5,099 bases of DNA from a virus (taxonomy: Duplodnaviria; Heunggongvirae; Uroviricota; Caudoviricetes), in the IMG/VR virus record IMGVR_UViG_3300011952_000024. The stretch is one strand, 5' to 3'. Positions 1-5,099 of this stretch are shown one piece after another. The notes under the pieces were generated by a model that was given only the letters and a program-made list of their open reading frames with translations, searched no databases and had not been told where the DNA came from. The stretch's first letter is position 1, and the number at the start of each line of letters is the position of its first letter. A program made the position numbers and the translations under genes.

Positions 1-290
1 TCTTCCGTCATGGCACCGAGAAAATCATTCAGCGTACCTGGTCTGGAACCTTCATAGACGGTAATGGTCCCGGCATGTGAAGGCGGAAAACCTTCAACCA
101 GCAGGGTGACGCTGTACTGGCCATACTCAACATCCATGCTGTAACGTCCGGCTTCATCCGGATTTTCAGAAGCCACCGTGTTCACCAGTACCGTGGTGCT
201 GTTACGCTTTGCCTTCAGTTGAATAGTGCAGTTCTGTATTGGTTTTCCCGCACCATCTTTCAGCACACCTGAGATTTTTACTGCTGCCAT
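1..290 (-). CDS. stf: Side tail fiber protein Stf, N-terminal 96 codons only; the gene continues beyond the left edge of the window
   Basis: Not in the ORF track. My manual minus-strand translation from ATG at 290..288 reads MAAVKISGVLKDGAGKPIQNCTIQLKAKRNSTTVLVNTVASENPDEAGRYSMDVEYGQYSVTLLVEGFPPSHAGTITVYEGSRPGTLNDFLGAMTE with no stop before position 1. This resembles the N-terminus of lambda Stf as I recall it (MAVKISGVLKDG...), and the position directly downstream of lom matches lambda gene order. A GGAG lies 5 nt upstream of the ATG (plus 296..299, read on the minus strand). Confidence 0.82.
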   Translation of the reverse strand, partial: MAAVKISGVLKDGAGKPIQNCTIQLKAKRNSTTVLVNTVASENPDEAGRYSMDVEYGQYSVTLLVEGFPPSHAGTITVYEGSRPGTLNDFLGAMTE

Positions 291-301
291 ATCCACTCCA
301 C

Positions 302-328
302 AAAAAAGCCCGCCTGAACCGGCGGGCT
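302..328 (-). terminator. Putative rho-independent terminator between lom and stf (minus-strand transcription)
   Basis: Plus-strand 307..314 (agcccgcc) is the reverse complement of 321..328 (ggcgggct), giving an 8-bp GC-rich stem with a 6-nt loop (315..320). The A-run at 302..307 on the plus strand is a T-run immediately 3' of the hairpin on the minus strand. It lies 27 nt after the lom stop (355..357) and just before the stf RBS. Confidence 0.55.
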
Positions 329-354
329 GTCATAACACTGTGTTACCTGGCTAA

Positions 355-954
355 TCAGAATTTATAACCGACACCAACGATGAAACCGTCAGTGCGCCAG
401 TCGCCACTGCCGGAACCTTCATAAGCAATATCAATGGCCACGGATTCGGTCGGGTTAAACTGCACGCCAGCTCCCCACGCCAGAGACGTGTTGCTGTGGC
501 GACCGTCATCACTTCCGGTCAGCACATCGTGCGTTTTCCCCTTGTTGTCAGTTACGCGGATATAATCTCCGGAGAAAGTCGAAACACGGCTGTAAGCCAT
601 ACCCGCCATCGCATACGCGCTGAACCATTCATTCACGCGCACAGACGGCCCCGCCATCACGCTGAACCAGCGGTTACGCACGGAATCTTCATGCCAGCGG
701 GTATCGCTGTAACGGGTAAGCTGGCGATTCTTGTCTCCTGCATAGCTGAATGACGTCACCATCCCCAGTGTGTCCGTAAACTCATAACGGTATTTCACGT
801 TAATCCCGTTCAGATCATCGCTGCCGGGAACGTTCGTCGAGGCATGAAGATACCCCGCGCTCAGCGTGGACTGATGTTCAGATGCCCATGCAGGCGCACC
901 GGATACGGCCAGACAAATGGCTGCGGACAAAATGGCGGCATAAAGTTTACGCAT
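355..954 (-). CDS. lom: Lom outer-membrane protein (Ail/Lom/PagC/Rck family 8-stranded beta-barrel); lysogenic-conversion cargo gene
   Basis: 199-aa ORF with an N-terminal signal peptide ([24 protein letters not shown], then SEHQ), alternating beta-strand segments and a C-terminal aromatic residue (…GVGYKF) typical of outer-membrane beta-barrels. Sequence is near-identical to lambda Lom as I recall it, and the gene sits immediately downstream of J as in lambda. RBS GAGAGG 5 nt upstream of the ATG (plus 960..965). Stop TGA at 355..357. Confidence 0.93.
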
Positions 955-978
955 AATTACCTCTCGCTTTTCTGCAAT

Positions 979-1002
979 AAAAAAGGCACCATTTCTGGTG
1001 CC
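979..1002 (-). terminator. Putative rho-independent terminator downstream of J and upstream of lom (minus-strand transcription)
   Basis: Plus-strand 985..991 (ggcacca) is the reverse complement of 996..1002 (tggtgcc), giving a 7-bp stem with a 4-nt loop (992..995). The A6 run at 979..984 is a TTTTTT tract directly 3' of the hairpin on the minus strand, followed by ATT. It sits in the 69-nt gap between the J stop (1024..1026) and the lom start (954). Confidence 0.6.
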
Positions 1003-1023
1003 CTTATATGGGTTATAACAATT

Positions 1024-4000
1024 TCAACGAATACTGATGCCGGAAGCGGCTTTTTTGGTCACAATCACCGTACAGTCGGTGATATTGCCTGCCCCCTGAT
1101 TGCCTTTCTGGAAAATCTTAAACTCCAGAGTGACGCTACCACCACCACTAGGCATATCAATAACTGCACTGTAACTACCGGGAATGGCCCCTTTAGTTTC
1201 TCTGGATGCGATTAATACACCGTTTTTGCGAACTTCAAAACCATAACCCGTGTATCGCGTGCCTCCTGGGTTATTTCCGCTCCCCGGATCGTCATACGCT
1301 ATACCGTTAAAAATAATGGGCGGAATAATAATCTGGCGGTCAAAGTTATGATCATCGCTGATGGTGACTGTAACCGTACCGTTTGGTGTTTCCGTGTTAC
1401 CCCACGTACCGACTTTTTTCGGGAAGGCTTTTGATACAGCTTTAACGAAATCCCCTCTGACCTGGGTCGCCTCCAGCATGCCCTTAATCGTACAGTTCTG
1501 GTTAATCGTGACATTGTTGAGCGTTCCTGAGTTCGCATTCACACTACCACTGATATCCGCATTTTTAGCGGTCAGCTTTCCGTCTGATGTCAGGGAAAAT
1601 ACCGGAGGACTGCCACCGCTGGTAATGGTGGGGGCTGTCAGGCGCTTCAGGAACACGTCGTTCATGAATATCTGGTTGCCCTGCGCCACAAACATCGGCG
1701 TTTCATTCCCGTTTGCCGGGTCAATAAACGCGATACGGTTAGCGGCAACCAGAAACTGGCTCAGCTTGCCTTCCTCCGTGTCCTCCATGCTGAGGCCAAT
1801 ACCCGCGACATAATGTTTGCCGTCTTTGGTCTGCTCAATTTTGACGCCCCACATGGCATTCCATTTATCGTTAGCGTCCTTCCACTCTTTCGAAAACTCA
1901 TCCAGTCTGCTGGCGTTATCCTCCGTCAGGTCGACTTTTTCCAGCAGCTCTTTACCGAGATGGGATTCGGTTATCTTGCCTTTGAAAAAATCCAGGTAAC
2001 CTTCCGCATCATCGCTCGCCCGACCGACGGCCTCCACGAATGCCGATTTGCCAACGGTGTTCACACTGCGAACGTAAAAATAATAATCATGGCCCGGTTT
2101 GATATTGATACTGGCGGCTATCCAGTACAGCGCCGTACCAAGATAGCGGGCTGTGGTTTCAACCTGCCTGATATCGGTAATCCGCGTTTCCGAGAACCAG
2201 AACTCAAACTGTACCGTCGGATCATAAACCGCAAGATGCGGCGTGGCGGTTATCTGAAAATAGCCCGGAGTCAGCTCAATCTGTGACGGCGCTGCCGGTG
2301 CGGCAATCCGGAACGATACCGACGCCGGATCGCCCTGCTGTCCCCACGCATTTACCGCCCGGACTGTCAGCCTGTAGTTCCCCAGCGCCAGTTGCGTGAA
2401 GCGGTATGTGGTTTCCGTCGTCCGGGCCGTGCTGACCAGCCGCTCACTGCCGTCGTCCGCTGTTACGGTCAGACGGAGCAGGAAGCTCACGCCCTTCACC
2501 ACCTTCGGTGTGTCCCATCGCGCCAGCACCTGGTATTCCCCACTGTCTGCGGTGACTTCTGCGGTCAGGTGCTGCACCGCTGGCGGCGTGACACCATTCA
2601 CCGTGCCGCTCTGGTCGCCGTCAAAGTGCGCCCCGTTATCCACGATGGCTTCTTTTTCCGGTACATGCTGCACGGCGGTGATGGCATACGTGCCGTCGTC
2701 GTTCTCACGGATACTCACGCAGCGGAACAGGCGCTGGCGCAGCGTCGGCAGCTTCAGCCCCCACACGCTGTATTCAGCAACGCCGTCAGGAACACGGCTC
2801 ACTTTCACCTTCACGCCGTCGGTGACGGACTGAACCTCCACGCTGACCGGATTGCCACTTCCGTCAACCAGGCTTATCAGCGTGGTACCGGAGGATGGCA
2901 GCGTGATTTCACGGTCGAGCGTCAGCGTCCGGGTCTGGCTGTTTACCGCCAGCACGCGACCACCGGTGCTGATACCGGCATAGTCATCATCGCAGATTTC
3001 AATGACATCGCCCGGTACATGGCGAAGCCCTTCAGCACCCACGCTGAAGTCCACGGTCTGCGTTTCCAGCAGTTCCGTTTTAATCAGCCACAGCCCGGCG
3101 CGGTGCGCCTGCCCCCGGCTGGTACAGCCAAAGGCATCCATCTTCGTGACGTTACGACCGTAACGGGCAATGGCCTGCGTATCTTCAACAAGCTCTGTCG
3201 CCGTCTCCCAGCCGTTATCCGGGTCAATCCAGTTCACCTCAACGGCATTATGGCGGTCCTTCAGGGCGCTGAAGCTGTAGCGGAACGGCGCGCCATCATC
3301 CGGCATCACCACATTACTGCGGTTATAGGTCCACACCTTATCCGACGGTCGGTCCTGCACGAACATCAGCGTCTGCCCGTTCCATACCGGCATACAGCGC
3401 ATCGCCGAGCAGAAATCACTGAGCACATCCCACGCCTTGCGCTGTGTGGTCAGGTACGCATTACAGGTGATGCGCGGCTCCGTGCCGCCAAAACCGTCCG
3501 GCACCGACTGATCGCAATGCTGGCCGATGACATACAGCGCCCATTTGTCCACATCCGCCGCACCAAGACGTTTCCCCATGCCGTAGCGCGGATGGGTCAG
3601 CATATCCCACAGACACCAGGCCATGTTGTTGCTGTATGCCGGTTTTAACGTTCCGTCCCAGATACCGCTGTATTGCCGCGTCTGCGGGTTATAGTTCGAC
3701 GGCACCTGCAGAATGCGCCCGCGCAGATGATAATTACGGCTCACCTGCTGGCTGCCGAACTGCTCCGAATCCACCTGCACGCCGACCAGTGCCGTGTTCG
3801 GGTAGCACTGTTTCACATCGATGATTTCGGTGTATGACGACCAGAGCGTTTTGTTCTGCAGCTGGTCTGTGGTGCTGTCCGGCGTCATCCTGCGCATCCG
3901 GATATTAAACGGGCGCGGCGGCAGGCTACCCACCACCACCGAGGCCAGATACTGCGAGGTGGTTTTGCCCTTAATGGTGATGTCTTTTTCCGTCACCCAG

Positions 4001-4437
4001 CCACCGTTACGCTGTATCTGAACCAGCAGGCGGACTTCCGACGGATTCCGGTCCCCCTTTGAGGTGGTTTCCACCAGTGCCTGCACACCGAAGGTAAAGC
4101 GCAGACGGTCGATGTTTGCCGACGTAATGGTGCGGGTGATCGGCGTGTCATATTTCACTTCCGTACCCAGCACCGTCTCGGAGCCGGAGGATTCAAACCC
4201 CTCCGGCGGTGTCTGCTCCTGCTCACCGGCACGGAACACCACCGTGACACCGGAGATGTTGGTATTCCCCTCAGTGTCCAGCACCGGCGTACTGTTCAGC
4301 AGCACGCTTTTTAATCCATCCACCGGACCTTCAACCGGCCCTTCGCTGATGGCATCAATCACACTCAGCAGTTGCGTGGACTTCAGGTTGTCCTTCGCTT
4401 CGCGCGGGGTATGCCCCTTACTGCTTCCTTTGCCCAT
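1024..4437 (-). CDS. J: Tail tip central fiber / host specificity protein J (lambda gpJ family)
   Basis: 1137-aa ORF. The N-terminus [34 protein letters not shown]… and most of the length match lambda gpJ as I recall it, including the fibronectin-III-like central region (…[31 protein letters not shown]…). Size is close to lambda J (about 1132 aa). Located between I and lom as in lambda. GGAG lies 8 nt upstream of the ATG (plus 4446..4449). Stop TGA at 1024..1026. Confidence 0.96.
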   Translation of the reverse strand: MGKGSSKGHTPREAKDNLKSTQLLSVIDAISEGPVEGPVDGLKSVLLNSTPVLDTEGNTNISGVTVVFRAGEQEQTPPEGFESSGSETVLGTEVKYDTPITRTITSANIDRLRFTFGVQALVETTSKGDRNPSEVRLLVQIQRNGGWVTEKDITIKGKTTSQYLASVVVGSLPPRPFNIRMRRMTPDSTTDQLQNKTLWSSYTEIIDVKQCYPNTALVGVQVDSEQFGSQQVSRNYHLRGRILQVPSNYNPQTRQYSGIWDGTLKPAYSNNMAWCLWDMLTHPRYGMGKRLGAADVDKWALYVIGQHCDQSVPDGFGGTEPRITCNAYLTTQRKAWDVLSDFCSAMRCMPVWNGQTLMFVQDRPSDKVWTYNRSNVVMPDDGAPFRYSFSALKDRHNAVEVNWIDPDNGWETATELVEDTQAIARYGRNVTKMDAFGCTSRGQAHRAGLWLIKTELLETQTVDFSVGAEGLRHVPGDVIEICDDDYAGISTGGRVLAVNSQTRTLTLDREITLPSSGTTLISLVDGSGNPVSVEVQSVTDGVKVKVSRVPDGVAEYSVWGLKLPTLRQRLFRCVSIRENDDGTYAITAVQHVPEKEAIVDNGAHFDGDQSGTVNGVTPPAVQHLTAEVTADSGEYQVLARWDTPKVVKGVSFLLRLTVTADDGSERLVSTARTTETTYRFTQLALGNYRLTVRAVNAWGQQGDPASVSFRIAAPAAPSQIELTPGYFQITATPHLAVYDPTVQFEFWFSETRITDIRQVETTARYLGTALYWIAASINIKPGHDYYFYVRSVNTVGKSAFVEAVGRASDDAEGYLDFFKGKITESHLGKELLEKVDLTEDNASRLDEFSKEWKDANDKWNAMWGVKIEQTKDGKHYVAGIGLSMEDTEEGKLSQFLVAANRIAFIDPANGNETPMFVAQGNQIFMNDVFLKRLTAPTITSGGSPPVFSLTSDGKLTAKNADISGSVNANSGTLNNVTINQNCTIKGMLEATQVRGDFVKAVSKAFPKKVGTWGNTETPNGTVTVTISDDHNFDRQIIIPPIIFNGIAYDDPGSGNNPGGTRYTGYGFEVRKNGVLIASRETKGAIPGSYSAVIDMPSGGGSVTLEFKIFQKGNQGAGNITDCTVIVTKKAASGISIR

Positions 4438-4459
4438 TCGTCATACTCCATAAACGACA

Positions 4460-4479
4460 AAACCGCCCGGAGGCGGTTT
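4460..4479 (-). other. Inverted repeat / RNA hairpin in the I-J intergenic region; function unknown
   Basis: Plus-strand 4460..4467 (aaaccgcc) is the reverse complement of 4472..4479 (ggcggttt), giving an 8-bp stem with a 4-nt loop (cgga). On the minus strand it is followed by TTTTGTCGTTTAT, which is T-rich but interrupted. It lies between the I stop (4498..4500) and the J RBS. Confidence 0.35.
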
Positions 4480-4497
4480 CACATGAAATATTTTGCA

Positions 4498-5099
4498 TCA
4501 GCGGCCAATCACCACAACCTGACCACCATCCCCTTCGTCTGCCGTGCTGATCTCCTGAGAGACCACCCGCGACCCCACGCGCATTTCACCGTACAGAACG
4601 GGCAGAACATTGCCCTGGGCAACCATGTTATCCAGTGAGGAGAAATAGGTGTTCTGCTTACCGTTATCCGTTGTCTGTGTACGGGGAGTTCTGGCTTTCG
4701 GTGCCAGCATCTGCGCCACACCACCGAGCACCATACTGGCACCGAGAGAAAACAGGATGCCGGTCATACCACCGGCCCCAATGGCTGCCCCCCATGCTGC
4801 AAGGGTGGCTCCGGCGGTAAAGAATGATCCGGCAATGGCGGCTGCCCCCAGGACAATCTGGAATACGCCACCTGACTTGGCCCCGGCGACTCTGGGAACA
4901 ATATGAATCACAGCGCCATCAGGCAGAGTCTCATGTAACTGCGCCGTTAACCCGGACGTGCTGACGTCCCGCCCGGCAATCCGTACCTGATACCAGCCGT
5001 CGCTCAGTTTCTGACGAAACGCCGGGAGCTGTGTGGCCAGTGCCCGGATGGCTTCAGCCCCCGTTTTCACACGAAGGTCGATGCGGCGACCAAATCGTT
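4498..5099 (-). CDS. I: Tail assembly protein I (lambda gpI family), 3' portion; the 5' end lies beyond the right edge of the window
   Basis: The track ORF 4498..5070 begins at an internal GTG, but the frame stays open to the window edge; the upstream in-frame codons read …RFGRRIDLR-VKTGAEAIRALATQLPAFRQKL…, matching lambda gpI residues about 23 onward as I recall them. A glycine/alanine-rich hydrophobic segment and the C-terminal …TADEGDGGQVVVIGR are consistent with gpI. Stop TGA at 4498..4500, 60 nt upstream of J. Confidence 0.9.
   Translation of the reverse strand, partial: RFGRRIDLRVKTGAEAIRALATQLPAFRQKLSDGWYQVRIAGRDVSTSGLTAQLHETLPDGAVIHIVPRVAGAKSGGVFQIVLGAAAIAGSFFTAGATLAAWGAAIGAGGMTGILFSLGASMVLGGVAQMLAPKARTPRTQTTDNGKQNTYFSSLDNMVAQGNVLPVLYGEMRVGSRVVSQEISTADEGDGGQVVVIGR

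Noticed and set aside
496-1215. Plus-strand ORFs 496..753 (85 aa) and 844..1215 (123 aa), antisense to lom and to the lom/J junction
   Set aside because: They overlap the confidently identified lom and J genes on the opposite strand. Their composition is biased (R/H/C-rich) and they have no credible start context, so they are antisense shadow ORFs.
1299-2286. Minus-strand ORF 1299..1538 (79 aa) and plus-strand ORFs 1361..1813, 1813..2286 and 1817..1999 inside J
   Set aside because: All are alternative-frame or antisense overlaps within J. They are short and compositionally odd, and nothing supports an embedded gene.
2392-3648. 418-aa plus-strand ORF antisense to J (the overlapping 145-aa ORF at 2396..2833 is the same kind of frame)
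   Set aside because: It lies entirely inside the well-supported J coding region on the opposite strand. The translation is arginine- and histidine-rich and low in complexity, typical of a shadow frame in GC-rich coding DNA. It has no RBS context and no recognisable protein family features.
3636-4453. Plus-strand ORFs 3636..3824, 3821..4021 and 4064..4453, antisense to the 5' part of J
   Set aside because: These are antisense shadow frames within J. The 129-aa one is S/T/P-rich, reflecting the complement of J codons rather than a real protein.
4372-4906. Plus-strand ORFs 4372..4638, 4635..4820 and 4649..4906, and minus-strand alternative-frame ORF 4509..4742, overlapping I and the I-J junction
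   Set aside because: They overlap the gpI reading frame, whose translation matches the lambda tail assembly protein I, and they have no independent support. The gpI-frame ORF itself starts at an internal GTG only because the true start lies beyond the window edge.
1-5099. Possibility that the window hides a novel defence or accessory system
   Set aside because: Every part of the window is accounted for by the four lambda-like tail-module genes and three short intergenic spacers. There is no unassigned coding capacity, CRISPR-like repeat array, tRNA or insertion-sequence end. The only cargo-like element is lom, which is a known moron.

Overview
This window is the distal tail-fiber module of a lambda-like (lambdoid) phage or prophage, with every gene on the minus strand in the canonical lambda late-operon order: I (3' part, running off the right edge), J (complete, 1137 aa), lom (complete, 199 aa) and the 5' end of stf (running off the left edge). 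The four genes are tightly packed and leave only three short intergenic gaps; the two that flank lom each hold a hairpin followed by a T-run on the coding strand, consistent with intrinsic terminators. Plus-strand ORFs in the track are antisense shadow frames and are not called. I do not see evidence for a novel system here. The points most worth a second look are the C-terminal receptor-binding region of J, which appears to differ from phage lambda's J while the rest looks lambda-like, and the terminator-bracketed lom cargo gene. All identifications rest on my reading of the translations and on recalled lambda protein sequences; no search or alignment was run.
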